A DNA stretch of 64,000 nucleotides from Pseudomonadota bacterium (GTDB lineage: Bacteria; Pseudomonadota; Alphaproteobacteria; Rhizobiales; MH13), in NCBI GenBank assembly GCA_038749715.1, contig JBCDHR010000009.1:23200-87199 (forward strand). Reading direction: 5' to 3'. This document shows positions 49,308 to 62,204 of the stretch, in pieces (within the stretch, counting starts at the first letter, position 1; each line of letters begins with the position of its first letter). Position numbers and translations under genes: made by a program. The notes under the pieces are model-generated. The model was given only the letters and a program-made list of their open reading frames with translations. It was not told where the DNA came from and made no database searches.

Positions 49308-51020
49308 TTAGTTGTCGTCGTTCTGATCTTTCAGGGCAGCGCCCAGAATGTCGCCGAGCGATGCACCGGAGTCCGAAGATCCATACTGTGCAACGGCTTC
49401 CTTCTCTTCGGCGATCTCCAGTGCCTTGACCGACACAGAGACCTTGTGGGTCTTGCGGTCGAACTGGGTAACGCGCGCGTCGAAGCGGTCACCAACCGAG
49501 AAACGCTCAGGGCGCTGCTCGTCGCGGTCACGGGCAATGTCGGAGCGGCGAATGAAGGCGGTCAGATCGGTATCGACGATCTTTACCTCAAGCCCATTGT
49601 CCTGAACCACGGTCACCTCACAGGTCACCACAGCGTTGCGGCGAACAGTGCCGGAGGCCGCATCGAACGGATCTTCACCGAGCTGTTTGATGCCAAGCGA
49701 GATGCGTTCCTTGTCGGTGTCGACATCGAGAACCTGGGCACGGATGATCTGGCCGCGCTCATAGTCTTCGATGGCTTCCTCGCCCGGACGATTCCAGTCG
49801 AGATCCGACAGGTGAACCATGCCGTCAATGTCGCCTTCAAGACCAACGAACAGACCGAACTCGGTCTTGTTCTTGACTTCACCTTCGATGACAGCGCCCG
49901 GAGGATTGGCGTCAGCAAAGGCATCCCAAGGATTGGAGAGGGTCTGCTTCAGGCCAAGCGAAATACGGCGCTTGTTGGAATCGACCTCAAGGATCATCAC
50001 TTCCACTTCCTGGCTGGTGGAAACCAGCTTGGACGGATGGACGTTCTTTTTGGTCCAGCTCATTTCAGAGACGTGGATGAGGCCTTCGATGCCCGGCTCC
50101 AGCTCAACGAACGCACCATAGTCGGTAACATTGGTCACGCGGCCCGTCATACGGGACGCAACCGGGTATTTGGCTTCGATGCCATCCCACGGATCGGCTT
50201 CCAGCTGCTTCATGCCAAGCGAGATGCGGTGCGTCTCGTGGTTGATGCGCACGATCTGGACCTTCACAGTCTGACCGATGGAAAGCACTTCTGAGGGATG
50301 GTTCACGCGGCGCCATGCAATGTCGGTGACGTGCAGGAGGCCATCGATGCCGCCGAGATCGACGAAGGCGCCGTACTCGGTGATGTTCTTCACGATGCCG
50401 TCGATCACCTGACCTTCGGCAAGGTTCTGAACCAGCTCCTGGCGCTGTTCGGCACGGCTCTCTTCCAGAACCACGCGGCGAGACACAACAATGTTGCCGC
50501 GGCGCTTGTCCATTTTCAGGATCTGGAAGGGCTGCGGAGTGTTCATCAGCGGCTGGATGTCGCGCACCGGGCGAATGTCCACCTGGGAGCGCGGCAGGAA
50601 GGCCACGGCGCCGTCGAGATCGACAGTGTAACCACCCTTCACCTGGTTGAATATTTGGCCGGTGACTTTCTCGTTGGCGTTGAACGCCACTTCCAGCTTG
50701 TCCCAGCTTTCTTCGCGGCGCGCCTTGTCGCGCGACAGAACGGCTTCGCCGAGCGCATTTTCAACGCGCTCCAGGTAAACCTCAACTTCGTCGCCGATCT
50801 TCAGGCCGCCATCTTTGGCGGTCGCGCCGAATTCCTTCAAAGGCACGCGGCCTTCGGTCTTCAGGCCCACATCGATGACGGCAAGGTCTTTTTCGATGCC
50901 GATCACGGAGCCTTTGACAACCGTACCTTCAAGAAGGTCGTTGCCGCCAAAGCTCTCATCGAGGAGAGCTGCAAAATCTTCGCCGCCGAACGCGCCAGCG
51001 TCGGTGTCTGTCATAGCCAT
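49308..51020 (-). CDS. rpsA: 30S ribosomal protein S1
   Basis: DFAALLDES, six S1 repeats (YGAFVDLGGIDGLLH, GLIHVSEMSW, RISLG). Start 51020 or 51014. Confidence 0.97.
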   Translation of the reverse strand: MAMTDTDAGAFGGEDFAALLDESFGGNDLLEGTVVKGSVIGIEKDLAVIDVGLKTEGRVPLKEFGATAKDGGLKIGDEVEVYLERVENALGEAVLSRDKARREESWDKLEVAFNANEKVTGQIFNQVKGGYTVDLDGAVAFLPRSQVDIRPVRDIQPLMNTPQPFQILKMDKRRGNIVVSRRVVLEESRAEQRQELVQNLAEGQVIDGIVKNITEYGAFVDLGGIDGLLHVTDIAWRRVNHPSEVLSIGQTVKVQIVRINHETHRISLGMKQLEADPWDGIEAKYPVASRMTGRVTNVTDYGAFVELEPGIEGLIHVSEMSWTKKNVHPSKLVSTSQEVEVMILEVDSNKRRISLGLKQTLSNPWDAFADANPPGAVIEGEVKNKTEFGLFVGLEGDIDGMVHLSDLDWNRPGEEAIEDYERGQIIRAQVLDVDTDKERISLGIKQLGEDPFDAASGTVRRNAVVTCEVTVVQDNGLEVKIVDTDLTAFIRRSDIARDRDEQRPERFSVGDRFDARVTQFDRKTHKVSVSVKALEIAEEKEAVAQYGSSDSGASLGDILGAALKDQNDDN

Positions 51021-51220
51021 GTATGTCTTTCTTTCGTGCGCCCGACTTCCGCAAAAACGGAAAGAGGTTGGTGTTGCGTCAAAGCTTTTTGCAACCAGGG
51101 TTGACCCATCTTGAAGGGTCAGAACGCACGGCTTTACCAGAAGCTCTTTTTGAGCACTGCCGGAAGGGGCGCAACGTACGCGAAGAAAGGGTCGCAATCA
51201 GCCAGTTCTGTTCGTCAGGC

Positions 51221-51859
51221 TTAGGCAGGTCGCTTGCTTGAAACAAAGTCCCGCGCGGCACTGAACGCCGCGTCTATACTCATTTCCGTCGTATCGAGCA
51301 ACAGGGCATCGTCAGCCTGGGTCATGGGCGCATCGGACCGGCCGGCGTCGCGCGCGTCTCGACGCGCCAAGTCAGCCTTGATGGCATCAAGGGTGACGGA
51401 CGGATCTTTGGCCACGGCCTGCGCATGTCGCCGTGCGGCGCGAGCATCAATGGACGCAGTGATATAGAGCTTGGCCGGCGCATTCGGACAAACCACGGTG
51501 CCAATGTCACGGCCATCCAGAACCGCACCAGGCGCGCGGTCTGCAAATTCCCGTTGTGCCTGAAGAAGCGCTGCGCGCACCGGAGGGTGAACTGCAACCT
51601 TAGAGGCTGCTTCACCTATATGGTGTTGGGCTAGAAAGTCGGGGTCGAGTGTGGCGAGGTCCAGCGATCGAGCAACCAACGCGCAGCCGTCAGGGTCGTC
51701 CAAGTCACCGCCAGCTTCCAGCATGGCAGCGCCGACAGCGCGATAGAGAAGCCCGGTATCAAGATGGTTGAGGCCGAGATCACTGGCCAGCCGCTTTGAC
51801 AGCGTGCCCTTGCCGGATGCCGCAGGCCCATCAACCGCGATGACGAAGGGAGGAGCCAT
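51221..51859 (-). CDS. cmk: Cytidylate kinase
   Basis: AVDGPAASGKGT, LDTGLLYRA, LDGRDIGTVV, RRDARD. Confidence 0.95.
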   Translation of the reverse strand: MAPPFVIAVDGPAASGKGTLSKRLASDLGLNHLDTGLLYRAVGAAMLEAGGDLDDPDGCALVARSLDLATLDPDFLAQHHIGEAASKVAVHPPVRAALLQAQREFADRAPGAVLDGRDIGTVVCPNAPAKLYITASIDARAARRHAQAVAKDPSVTLDAIKADLARRDARDAGRSDAPMTQADDALLLDTTEMSIDAAFSAARDFVSSKRPA

Positions 51860-51860
51860 T

Positions 51861-53220
<1,360 letters not shown>

Positions 53221-53437
53221 GTCGACCTCATCAAGAAGGGGGTAGAGCGCCCGAAAAGGCGTTGGCCGCTTATCGCAAGCAAGGCGACACGATGCAATGA
53301 TGGTGGGCCAAAGGAAAAAGCCAGCAAAATCGCCCTTTTTGGGCTTTGACTTGTCGCCCAAACCGTGTCTATCAGGCGCATTCGATTTGCGAGAGGCCGT
53401 TCCGGCCCTTTTTCAGTTCCCCAAAAGAGGTGAGCGC

Positions 53438-53878
53438 GTGGCCAAGAAACAGCTCGGCACCAAACGCATCTGTCCAGAGACGGGCAAGAAATTCTACGAC
53501 CTGGGTCGCGACCCGGTCGTCTCCCCGTATACCGGCATTGCCTATCCTTTGTCGTCGTTCGACTTGCCGAGCAAAAAGTCGAAGCCCGACGAGGAAAAGG
53601 TTGAGAAGCCAAAGGAAGAGACCGAAACAGCGGAAACCGAAGACACCGGTGATGTTGAAGTGGTGTCGCTTGAGGAGGCCGAGCCAGCCGATACCGCGTC
53701 CGACAATGACGATGATGATGACGATGAGTCGGATGACGTTATCCCAGACATCGACACCACGGACATTGACGGAGACGACGTGTCCGCGAGCGACGATGAC
53801 ACCTTCCTGGACGAAGACGACGAGAACGACGATCCGGCTGTTGGCGTTGTGACCGGGCGTGACGACGACGACAGCTAA
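53438..53878 (+). CDS. TIGR02300 / FYDLN-acid family protein
   Basis: GTG start after GAGG; LGTKRICPETGKKFYDL...SPYTG and a very acidic tail; usual position between aroA and tRNA-Ala. Confidence 0.9.
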   Translation: MAKKQLGTKRICPETGKKFYDLGRDPVVSPYTGIAYPLSSFDLPSKKSKPDEEKVEKPKEETETAETEDTGDVEVVSLEEAEPADTASDNDDDDDDESDDVIPDIDTTDIDGDDVSASDDDTFLDEDDENDDPAVGVVTGRDDDDS

Positions 53879-53920
53879 GAGCTGAATTTTCCGCCTGGCC
53901 GGTTGGTCAAAGTCAAACGG

Positions 53921-53949
53921 TTGACCGACCTGCGGGGCTGACGTAAAGA
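53921..53949 (+). promoter_or_regulatory. Putative sigma70 promoter of tRNA-Ala
   Basis: TTGACC-N17-TAAAGA, 40 bp upstream of the tRNA. Confidence 0.5.
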
Positions 53950-53988
53950 CGCCGAACTGCTTCCTGGGTGTCCGGGCAGCAACCCAAT

Positions 53989-54064
53989 GGGGCCATAGCT
54001 CAGCTGGGAGAGCGCTTCGCTGGCAGCGAAGAGGTCAGGGGTTCGATTCCCCTTGGCTCCACCA
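53989..54064 (+). tRNA. tRNA-Ala (GGC)
   Basis: GGGGCCA/TGGCTCC acceptor stem with G3:U70; anticodon arm CTTCG-CTGGCAG-CGAAG; GGTTCGATTCC; encoded CCA; 76 nt. Confidence 0.97.
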
Positions 54065-54212
54065 TTTTCCTTTCCAATATGAACGTGTGGTCCGGCGGAG
54101 CTTCGGCTTGTCTCCGGCCGCGACATTGGTCGCGCTTGCTGACAAGGAAACGCCGTGGGCCCTTTCAGACCCACGGCGCCTGGTACTGATCGAACGTCGT
54201 TGACGTGCTGCA

Positions 54213-55436
54213 TCAACCGCCAAAATCGTCGAGCATGATGTCGTCGCGGTCGACACCCAGATCGAGCAGCATGTTGATCACCGACTGGTTCATGATGGGC
54301 GGACCACACATGTAGTACTCGCAGTCTTCCGGTGCCGGATGTTCCTTAAGATACTCTTCGAAGAGCACATTGTGGATGAAGCCGGTGTAACCGTCCCACT
54401 CATCTTCCGGCAACGCGTCTGAGAGCGCCACGTGCCAGTCAAAATTGTCGAACTGTTCGTCAAGCTCGTCGAAATCCTCAACGAAGAACATCTCACGTTT
54501 GGAGCGCGCACCATACCAGAAGGTGATCTTGCGGTCGCGGTTTTCCAGGCGCTTGAGCTGATCAAAAATGTGGCTGCGCATAGGCGCCATGCCGGCGCCA
54601 CCACCGATGAACACCATTTCCTTCTGGGTATCGCGAGCAAAGAACTCCCCGAACGGTCCGGAAATGGTCACCTTGTCACCCGGTTGGAGACTGAAAATGT
54701 AGGACGACATTTTGCCCGGCGGAATGCCATCAGAGCCCGGAGGCGGGGAGGCAACCCGCACATTGAGCATGATCATGCCCTTCTCTTCGGGATAGTTCGC
54801 CATGGAATAGGCGCGCTCGATCGGCACATCGACGACCGACTCGTACTGCCACAGGTTAAACTTGTCCCAGTCCTCGCGATATTCCTCTTCGACGTCGAAA
54901 TCCTTGTAGGAAACCTTGTGAGCTGGTGCTTCAATCTGGATGTAGCCGCCAGCGCGGAAATTCACATCCTCGCCTTCGGGAAGTTTGAGAACCAGGGCCT
55001 TGATGAAGGTCGCGACGTTCTCGTTAGAGATGACTTCGCATTCCCACTTCTTGACGCCGAAGACCTCTTCAGGAACTTCGACTTCCATGTCCTGTTTTAC
55101 GGCCACCTGGCAGGAAAGCCTGTCACCACAAGACGCTTCACGCTTGGTGATATGGCTTTCTTCGGTGGGCAAAATGGAGCCGCCACCAGAGTGAATCTTC
55201 ACCCGGCATTGGGCGCATGTTCCGCCGCCGCCGCAGGCCGATGGGACAAAGAGTTGCTGCTCAGCCAGCGTTTGTAACAGCTTGCCGCCAGCCGGAACGG
55301 AGATCGTCTTCTCACCATTGATGGTGATGTTCACATTCCCGGTTGAAACAAGCCGGGAGCGTGCAGCGAGGATGATTGTAACGAGGGAAAGGACAATCAG
55401 CGTGAAAAGGGCAATGCCCAGGCCGAAAGTCGTCAT
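54213..55436 (-). CDS. nqrF: Na+-NQR subunit F
   Basis: [12 protein letters not shown] 2Fe-2[27 protein letters not shown]. Confidence 0.96.
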   Translation of the reverse strand: MTTFGLGIALFTLIVLSLVTIILAARSRLVSTGNVNITINGEKTISVPAGGKLLQTLAEQQLFVPSACGGGGTCAQCRVKIHSGGGSILPTEESHITKREASCGDRLSCQVAVKQDMEVEVPEEVFGVKKWECEVISNENVATFIKALVLKLPEGEDVNFRAGGYIQIEAPAHKVSYKDFDVEEEYREDWDKFNLWQYESVVDVPIERAYSMANYPEEKGMIMLNVRVASPPPGSDGIPPGKMSSYIFSLQPGDKVTISGPFGEFFARDTQKEMVFIGGGAGMAPMRSHIFDQLKRLENRDRKITFWYGARSKREMFFVEDFDELDEQFDNFDWHVALSDALPEDEWDGYTGFIHNVLFEEYLKEHPAPEDCEYYMCGPPIMNQSVINMLLDLGVDRDDIMLDDFGG

Positions 55437-55448
55437 GCCTTTGATCCT

Positions 55449-56057
55449 TTAAAGTTTCACGCCGGAAAATGACATGAACGCCATAGCCATTAGGCCGGCC
55501 GAAATGAAAGTGATGCCGAGGCCCTGAAGACCGTCGGGAATATCGGAATATTTCAGTTTTTCGCGAACGCCTGCCATCGCCGTGATGGCCAGTGCCCAAC
55601 CGAAGCCAGACGAGACGCCGTAGGTGACCGATTCGGTAAAATCGTATCCGCGCTCAACCATGAACAGCGAGCCACCAAGGATGGCGCAGTTCACCGTGAT
55701 GAGCGGCAGGAACACGCCAAGCGCGTTGTAGAGCGGCGGGAAGTACTTATCGAGCACCATCTCCAGGATTTGGACGAGGGCGGCGATGACGCCGATATAG
55801 GAGATCAGCCCCAGGAAGGTGAGGTCGACCTCCGGAAATCCGGCCCAGGCAAAGGCGCCCGGCGCAAGGAGATAGTTCAGGATCAGATTGTTGGCCGGCA
55901 CGGTGATCGACTGCACGACCATCACCGAAATACCGAGGCCTATCGCCGTCGAGATCTTCTTGGAAACAGCGATGAACGTGCACATGCCCAGGAAGAAGGA
56001 CAGCGCAAGGTTCTCAACAAAGATCGCTTTGACGGCGAGGGAGAGGAGGCCTTCCAT
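55449..56057 (-). CDS. nqrE: Na+-NQR subunit E
   Basis: [19 protein letters not shown]. Confidence 0.95.
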   Translation of the reverse strand: MEGLLSLAVKAIFVENLALSFFLGMCTFIAVSKKISTAIGLGISVMVVQSITVPANNLILNYLLAPGAFAWAGFPEVDLTFLGLISYIGVIAALVQILEMVLDKYFPPLYNALGVFLPLITVNCAILGGSLFMVERGYDFTESVTYGVSSGFGWALAITAMAGVREKLKYSDIPDGLQGLGITFISAGLMAMAFMSFSGVKL

Positions 56058-56710
56058 CAGTGGGCCTCAACCGTTTGGATCTTGTACTCGCGCTCTTCCA
56101 CCTGACCTGGCTTCCAGGAACGGAACGCCCAGATGATGAGCCCGATGATGAAGAAGGCAGAGGGCGGCAGAAGCAGCATGCCATTCGGCACGTACCAGCC
56201 GCCATTGTTCACTGTTTCCAGGATCGTGATGCCGAACAGGCTGCCTGAACCAAACAGCTCGCGGATAACGCCGACCAGCATCAGGATCAGGCCATAACCG
56301 AGACCGTTGCCGACGCCGTCGATGAAACTGTCGATGGGCGGGTTCTTCATGGCAAAGGCTTCAGCGCGGCCCATCACGATGCAGTTGGTGATGATGAGAC
56401 CCACAAACACTGAAAGCGTCTTGGAAATCTCAAACGCAAAGGCCTTGAGCAACTGATCGACCAGGATCACCAGCGACGCAATGACGACCATCTGCACGAT
56501 GATGCGGATCGACCCGGGAATTTGGCTGCGGATCATGGAAATGAAGAGCGACGAGAAGCCGGTCACGAACGTCACGGCGATGGCCATCACGAAGGCAACC
56601 TGAAGCGACGACGTCACCGCGAGAGCTGAACAGATGCCCAGTACCTGAAGGGTGATCGGGTTGTTGTCGACTAACGGGTCGACGAGCATTTCGGCACGCT
56701 TATGGGCCAT
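56057..56710 (-). CDS. nqrD: Na+-NQR subunit D
   Basis: [30 protein letters not shown]. Confidence 0.95.
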   Translation of the reverse strand: MAHKRAEMLVDPLVDNNPITLQVLGICSALAVTSSLQVAFVMAIAVTFVTGFSSLFISMIRSQIPGSIRIIVQMVVIASLVILVDQLLKAFAFEISKTLSVFVGLIITNCIVMGRAEAFAMKNPPIDSFIDGVGNGLGYGLILMLVGVIRELFGSGSLFGITILETVNNGGWYVPNGMLLLPPSAFFIIGLIIWAFRSWKPGQVEEREYKIQTVEAH

Positions 56711-57525
56711 CAAACTTCCCCTGCTCGAAGGTTCTCAAGGAAGGGCTCGTATCCCGATTCACCCATCCAGAAATTCACCAGATTGTGCACACCGACTGTG
56801 GTCAGCGTTGCGCCGGCCAAGGCATCGATATGGAAATCAGCGCCTGCTGCCGGTGGCGTCCTCGTCACGCTGATCTGCAACTCGCCCCCATCATCGGTCA
56901 GGCGTTTGCCGTTCCAGAGGGCCAGCCAGCGCGGATTGTCTACCTCTGCGCCAAGGCCGGGCGTTTCGGCATGCTCATAGAACTGGAGGCCGAAAATGTC
57001 GTTTCCGTTCTCTTCCAAGGCGATGAAGCCGTAGAGCGTTGACCAAAGACCATAGCCATGGATCGGCAGGATCACCTTGTCGATGTCGCCAGCGTCATCC
57101 CGCAACAGATAGACGGTGACGAACTGGCTCTGCCGGCCAATGCCTGCGGGATCGTCTGTCAGGGCGATTGACGTGGCCGGATCATCAGCCGCCGCACGAT
57201 CATCAAACGTCGCCGGATCGAACTGATCTGAAAAAGCACCGGACTCCAGTTCAAGAACCTGCGGTTCAAACGCCTCGAAAGCTTCAACGACATCTATGCT
57301 GGGGTCGTAAATGCCAGCGACTTGCAGAATGTTGATCTGCTTGTCCTTGAGTGCATTGACGGCCTGCAGAGGACGCAGCGCGACGGCGGCAGCCGAAACG
57401 ACCATCGAAGCGACCAGACAGACTGCAACAGCTGTGAAGATGGTCTTCGGCACCGAATCCGGCGACATGGCCAGAAAGCGGCGGATGAAACCTTTGGGTT
57501 GGTTCTGTTCGTTGTCGTCAGGCAT
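56710..57525 (-). CDS. nqrC: Na+-NQR subunit C
   Basis: [21 protein letters not shown] (FMN-Thr). Confidence 0.95.
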   Translation of the reverse strand: MPDDNEQNQPKGFIRRFLAMSPDSVPKTIFTAVAVCLVASMVVSAAAVALRPLQAVNALKDKQINILQVAGIYDPSIDVVEAFEAFEPQVLELESGAFSDQFDPATFDDRAAADDPATSIALTDDPAGIGRQSQFVTVYLLRDDAGDIDKVILPIHGYGLWSTLYGFIALEENGNDIFGLQFYEHAETPGLGAEVDNPRWLALWNGKRLTDDGGELQISVTRTPPAAGADFHIDALAGATLTTVGVHNLVNFWMGESGYEPFLENLRAGEV

Positions 57526-58717
57526 GGCGTTTCGCCCGTCTTTTTATGTTCGCCTGGACGACAAAATAGTCGATCAAAGGCGCGAAAACGTTACCAAACA
57601 AGATGGCCAGCATCATGCCTTCCGGGAAGGCAGGATTGATCACACGTATCATCACAACCATGACACCAATGAGCGCACCGTAAATGTAGCGGCCCATGTT
57701 TGTGTGAGCACCGGAGACCGGCTCGGTCACCATGAAAACCAGACCGAACGCATAGCCGCCAAGGACCAGGTGCCAATACCACGGCATGGCAAACATGGGA
57801 TTGGTATCAGACCCTATCCAGTTCAACAGCAGCGAGAAGCCGATCATGCCGGCCATACACCCCACGACCATGCGGTAGTTGGCGATCTTTGTCGCTAGCA
57901 GGAAGACCAGGCCGATCAGACAGGCCAGTGTGGACGTCTCACCCATGGAACCGGGAATGAACCCGAAGAAGCTGTCCCACCAGCTCATGCCGCGCGCTGC
58001 TAGTTCTTGGAAACCATCGGCAGCAGAGACCGCCAGGGCCGTCGCGCCGGTGAACCCATCGACGGGGACCCAGACGTTGTCGCCTGAAAGCTGTGCTGGA
58101 TAGGCAAAGTAGAGGAACGCGCGGCCGGTTAGAGCGGGATTGAGAAAGTTCTTGCCGGTTCCGCCAAACACCTCTTTGCCGATCACGACGCCAAAGATGA
58201 TCCCCAGCGCCACCTGCCAGAGTGGCGTGGTAGCCGGGACGATCAGCGCATAAAGCATGGAGGAAACCAGGAAGCCCTCATTCACTTCGTGCCCACGAAT
58301 GGTGGCAAAGACGACCTCAAAGATGCCGCCAGCCACAAGCGTCGTGATGTAGATCGGTAAGAAGTAAAGCAGCCCATGCGCCATGTTGGCGAACGGGTTG
58401 TCCGGGTTGAAGCCGATGCCCAGCGTTTCGATGATCCAGGCCCGCCAGCCCGATGCGCCAAACTCGGCAATGGCCAGGTTGGTCTGGTAGCCGGTGTTGT
58501 AGAGCGCCATCAGGATGCACGGGACCGTAGCGATCACCACATAGGTCATGATGCGCTTCATATCGATGTAGGAGCGCGCATGCGGTGCAACCGTCGTCAC
58601 CGTTTTTGGCGTGTAGACGAAGCTTTCCACCATCTCGTAGATCGGGAAATAGCGTTCCCATTTGCCGCCTTTTACAAAGTGCGGCTCAATGGAATCGAAG
58701 AAGCTGCGTAGGCCCAC
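57518..58717 (-). CDS. nqrB: Na+-NQR subunit B
   Basis: DMKRIM, KEVFGGTGKNFLNPAL, DGFTGAT (FMN-Thr), GSMGETS, FPEGMMLAILF. Confidence 0.95.
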   Translation of the reverse strand: MGLRSFFDSIEPHFVKGGKWERYFPIYEMVESFVYTPKTVTTVAPHARSYIDMKRIMTYVVIATVPCILMALYNTGYQTNLAIAEFGASGWRAWIIETLGIGFNPDNPFANMAHGLLYFLPIYITTLVAGGIFEVVFATIRGHEVNEGFLVSSMLYALIVPATTPLWQVALGIIFGVVIGKEVFGGTGKNFLNPALTGRAFLYFAYPAQLSGDNVWVPVDGFTGATALAVSAADGFQELAARGMSWWDSFFGFIPGSMGETSTLACLIGLVFLLATKIANYRMVVGCMAGMIGFSLLLNWIGSDTNPMFAMPWYWHLVLGGYAFGLVFMVTEPVSGAHTNMGRYIYGALIGVMVVMIRVINPAFPEGMMLAILFGNVFAPLIDYFVVQANIKRRAKRHA

Positions 58718-58721
58718 GGGA

Positions 58722-60068
58722 TCAGCCCTCTTTCTCGATCTTTGTCAGGCAATCGCGCAGGGCGAGCCCGTACTCGTACTTGGCTGGACAGGCAAAGCCG
58801 ACCAGTCCCAAATCTTCTTCGTCCAGCTCCAGCGCGCCAAGACGCTGCGCTTCATCGGTGTCGATCACCAAAAGCGCGCGCAGAAGCTGCGTCGGCAGGA
58901 AATCCTGTGGCATCAGCCGCTCAAAGGTGCCAAGTGGCACCATCGCGCGCCGACCTCCATTGAGGTTAGACGTTAGCGGAAAGGCGCGCCTGGCCATGGC
59001 CGACCCCAGAACCGGCTGAACGGCATATTTGGAGAACATTGGGCGGATCCAGCCGAGCGGAATCTGCTTTGTGTCTTCCTCAATGAGCGTGATCTGCCGT
59101 GCATAGCGGCCAAGATAGGCGCTTTCTCCTTCGCCCGACCGGCCGCTAAGGACCGAGCCGGAGACCATTCGCACCGGAAGATCGCCTGGCACCTCACCGG
59201 CACTGATCTCCGCCATGGATGCACCGGCAATGGTTCGCACCAGGCGAGGATTGGCGCACACCGGGCCGCCCAGCGCGACAACGCAGCCCGCATCGATCTT
59301 GCCAGTCACTAGCAGGCGACCGATGGCCAGGATGTCCTGATAGCCAATTGTCCAAACAAGCTTGTCAGCAAGGGGAGGTTCCAGAAAGTGAATGTGCGTG
59401 CCGGCGAGCCCAGCGGGATGTGGGCCGGCAAAGCTGGCCGGTTCAACGCCCGGCACATCGCTTCCCGGCAGGTTTTCGCCATCGGCCTGGCAAAGATAGG
59501 TCGCGCCGCCCGACAGAGAGGCCACGGCCTCAAGCCCCTTGGCGAAAGCGTCCGGCTCTTCACCGATGATGGGTGCCGGATCGGCCGACAGCGGCTCGGT
59601 ATCCATCGCCGTGACGTAGATGGCAGATGGCTGGGCTGCTGGATCAGGCACTTTAGAGTAAGGCCGCGTGCGGAACGACGTCCAAAGGCCGGCGGCGCAA
59701 AGCCGCTTGACCAGGCCTTCGCGGGTCGTCACGTCGCCGACGCTTGAGAAATCGACTGGATCGACGCCATCGCCGATCTCAATCTCGATGCTGATCAGCC
59801 GCCGCCGTGCGCCACGATTAACCGCCTTTACCCGGCCTGCGACTGGCGAGACGATCTGGACGTCAGGAAGATCCTTGTTGACGAAAACAGGCGTGCCTGG
59901 ACCCACCACATCGCCTTCGGCGACATGAATGCGCGGCTTAAGACCGATATAGTCGTCGCCGAGCAGTCCAACGGTGCGAACGTTGACTGCCGAGTCGATG
60001 TCCTGTGTGGGCGCACCGGCGATGGGTATATTGAGCCCTTTGCGTAGCGCGAATCGCTTCACGGTCAT
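58722..60068 (-). CDS. nqrA: Na+-NQR subunit A
   Basis: KGLNIPIAGAP, RGARR, RTRPYSK, GPHPAG, LELDEEDL, CPAKYEYG. Confidence 0.95.
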   Translation of the reverse strand: MTVKRFALRKGLNIPIAGAPTQDIDSAVNVRTVGLLGDDYIGLKPRIHVAEGDVVGPGTPVFVNKDLPDVQIVSPVAGRVKAVNRGARRRLISIEIEIGDGVDPVDFSSVGDVTTREGLVKRLCAAGLWTSFRTRPYSKVPDPAAQPSAIYVTAMDTEPLSADPAPIIGEEPDAFAKGLEAVASLSGGATYLCQADGENLPGSDVPGVEPASFAGPHPAGLAGTHIHFLEPPLADKLVWTIGYQDILAIGRLLVTGKIDAGCVVALGGPVCANPRLVRTIAGASMAEISAGEVPGDLPVRMVSGSVLSGRSGEGESAYLGRYARQITLIEEDTKQIPLGWIRPMFSKYAVQPVLGSAMARRAFPLTSNLNGGRRAMVPLGTFERLMPQDFLPTQLLRALLVIDTDEAQRLGALELDEEDLGLVGFACPAKYEYGLALRDCLTKIEKEG

Positions 60069-60235
60069 AAGCCTTGATCAAATGAGTTTGCTGGAACTGG
60101 AAAAAGCACAAACTGAGCCGGGTTAGATATTCGCATATTCGCTGATTCCCTTATGGCAAATTGACCCTTAAATGACCTTTCACCAAGTGTCTGATTTGCT
60201 ACGCTAGCTTGGTGTTCCTGCAAAGAGGTTCATTC

Positions 60236-61264
60236 GTGTCTAATCTGCCCACGCTATCCCGTCGCGGTTTTTTGGCTTTGCCGGTCCTTTTGGTCGGCTG
60301 CAAGCCTGGCCTGAATGTCTTAGAGCTCGCCGGCCTGACGATGGGGACGACGTACAATGTCGTCGTCGTTGATGAGGCGCACGGCCTAGACGAGGCCGAG
60401 TTGCGTTCCGTCATCGAAACCGCTCTTGCCGAGGTGAACCGGCAACTTTCCAATTGGGACCCGGCCTCTGAGGTTTCACAGTTTAATGCCCAACAGGGTA
60501 CCGACGCGGTTCCGGTTTCAGGCATGCTGGCCCATGTTATGCAGGCATCCGAAGCGGTGCATCAGGCAAGTCTGGGACGTTTCGACACGACCATCGGGCC
60601 GCTCATCGAGCTTTGGGGCTTTGGTGCGCAGGGCACCAACCGGATGCCCGGCGACGCCGAAATCGCCCTCGCGCAACAGCAAGCTGGACATCGCAACACG
60701 CTGAGCGTTGGCGCATCGACGTTGCAGAAAGTGCGGCCAGATTCGCAGGTTTACCTGTCTGCAATCGGCAAGGGCTACGGTGCCGATCATGTTGGACGCG
60801 CAATCGAAGCCTTGGGGGTCACCAATTTCATGGTCGAAATCGGTGGCGATCTCTACGCATCTGGCACCAATCCGGCCGGCTTGCCCTGGCAGATTGGCAT
60901 TGAAAGACCCGCGGCCCTGTCAGGAGGCGTTTTGAGCGTGGTGGGCGTTTCGGGTCTCGGCCTGGCGTCTTCTGGCGATTACCGTAACTATTTTGAGCGC
61001 GACGGGGAGCGGTTCTCCCACATTATTGATCCGGCAACCGGCCGGCCAATCACCCACAAAACGGCGTCAGCAACCGTGCTGGCGGATAATGCCATGTTGG
61101 CAGATGCATGGGCCACGGCCATGCTCATCCTGGGCCGGGAGCGTGGGCTTGAGATCGCCGACGAACACAATATCGCGGTTTTGTTTGTTGAACGTGATGG
61201 CCAAAGCACCGACATTCAGTTCAACACATGGTCAAGCTCGCAATTTGAAGCGCTGACCGCTTAA
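60236..61264 (+). CDS. apbE: FAD:protein FMN transferase (Tat lipoprotein)
   Basis: LSRRGFL...LVGC signal; TMGTTY, IGKGY, VEIGGD, SSGDYRN, SHIIDP, ADAWATA. Confidence 0.94.
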   Translation: MSNLPTLSRRGFLALPVLLVGCKPGLNVLELAGLTMGTTYNVVVVDEAHGLDEAELRSVIETALAEVNRQLSNWDPASEVSQFNAQQGTDAVPVSGMLAHVMQASEAVHQASLGRFDTTIGPLIELWGFGAQGTNRMPGDAEIALAQQQAGHRNTLSVGASTLQKVRPDSQVYLSAIGKGYGADHVGRAIEALGVTNFMVEIGGDLYASGTNPAGLPWQIGIERPAALSGGVLSVVGVSGLGLASSGDYRNYFERDGERFSHIIDPATGRPITHKTASATVLADNAMLADAWATAMLILGRERGLEIADEHNIAVLFVERDGQSTDIQFNTWSSSQFEALTA

Positions 61265-61289
61265 GAGCTTTGAAAGGGACGCCACGCTG

Positions 61290-61529
61290 ATGGCCACATT
61301 TCTGTTCGCGTTTGCCTTGCTGCTGACCGTCATGCTGGGAATGGCCTTGGGTGTCCTTTTGATGGGGCGGTCCATCAAGGGAAGCTGCGGCGGCCTGAAC
61401 GCGATCGGCGATGCCGATCAGTGCCTGGTCTGTCACAAGGACATTGATCCTAACAGCCCATTGCGCGATCGCCTTGAATGCCCAAGGGCCAAGAAGATGC
61501 TGCGTGGCGTGGATGCCGCCAAGTTTTAA
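61290..61529 (+). CDS. nqrM: Na+-NQR maturation protein NqrM
   Basis: TM helix followed by IKGSCGGL...C..C; directly after apbE. Confidence 0.88.
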   Translation: MATFLFAFALLLTVMLGMALGVLLMGRSIKGSCGGLNAIGDADQCLVCHKDIDPNSPLRDRLECPRAKKMLRGVDAAKF

Positions 61530-61664
61530 AAACACCGACGTCCGTCAAAGCACCTAGACGAACTCGCGAAAACTTCCAAATTCATCCTAGAGCCTTGTTT
61601 CAGACCTCTGGTTTTTTGCTAGAGTCGCAGGGTAACGGGATCATTTGTACGGGAGACAAAGCGG

Positions 61665-62189
61665 ATGCCAGCGTCCTATCAAGCGCCCATGCGGCAGGAC
61701 AAAATCAAGAAGAACAGGACCTTGAGTCAGACGCAGTCGACCAATCTCTCGTCGGCCAAGATGACGGTTGGCGCCCTTTTGGGGACCAAAGGCGGTGGCA
61801 TCATTTCCATCAGCCCGTCGGACACGCTGGGTCGTGCGGTCGAGATTTTGCGCGACAATGGTATCGGCGCGCTGGTGGTGACCGAAACCGACGGGACCTT
61901 GTGCGGCATCCTCTCTGAGCGTGACATTGTCCGCAAACTGGCCGACACGCCCGGCCAAACCCTGCCAAAGCTGGTTGAAGAAATCATGGTCCGCAAGGTC
62001 GTCACCTGCGAACCAGGGGATGACCTCGTTTCCGTTCTCAAGCGCATGAGGGACGGGCGCTTCCGCCACATGCCGGTGGTTGAGAATGAAGCGCTCGTGG
62101 GCATGGTCACCATCGGTGACGTGGTCAATTACCGGCTTGCCGAAGTGGAGCACGAAGCGCTGCAGCTCAAGCAACTCGTTGTGGGCTAG
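61665..62189 (+). CDS. CBS-domain pair protein
   Basis: IGALVV, GILSERDIVR, RFRHMPV, GMVTIGDVV; GGGAG SD. Confidence 0.9.
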   Translation: MPASYQAPMRQDKIKKNRTLSQTQSTNLSSAKMTVGALLGTKGGGIISISPSDTLGRAVEILRDNGIGALVVTETDGTLCGILSERDIVRKLADTPGQTLPKLVEEIMVRKVVTCEPGDDLVSVLKRMRDGRFRHMPVVENEALVGMVTIGDVVNYRLAEVEHEALQLKQLVVG

Positions 62190-62204
62190 CCGCAAGCTAT
62201 CCGG

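Noticed and set aside
53700-53875. GAC/GAT trinucleotide-like repeats
   Set aside because: They encode the acidic tail typical of TIGR02300 proteins and are not an independent repeat or CRISPR array.
60069-60235. FNR/FixK box in the nqrA-apbE divergent promoter
   Set aside because: Only half-sites (TTGAT, TTGAC) are present, without a correctly spaced ATCAA.
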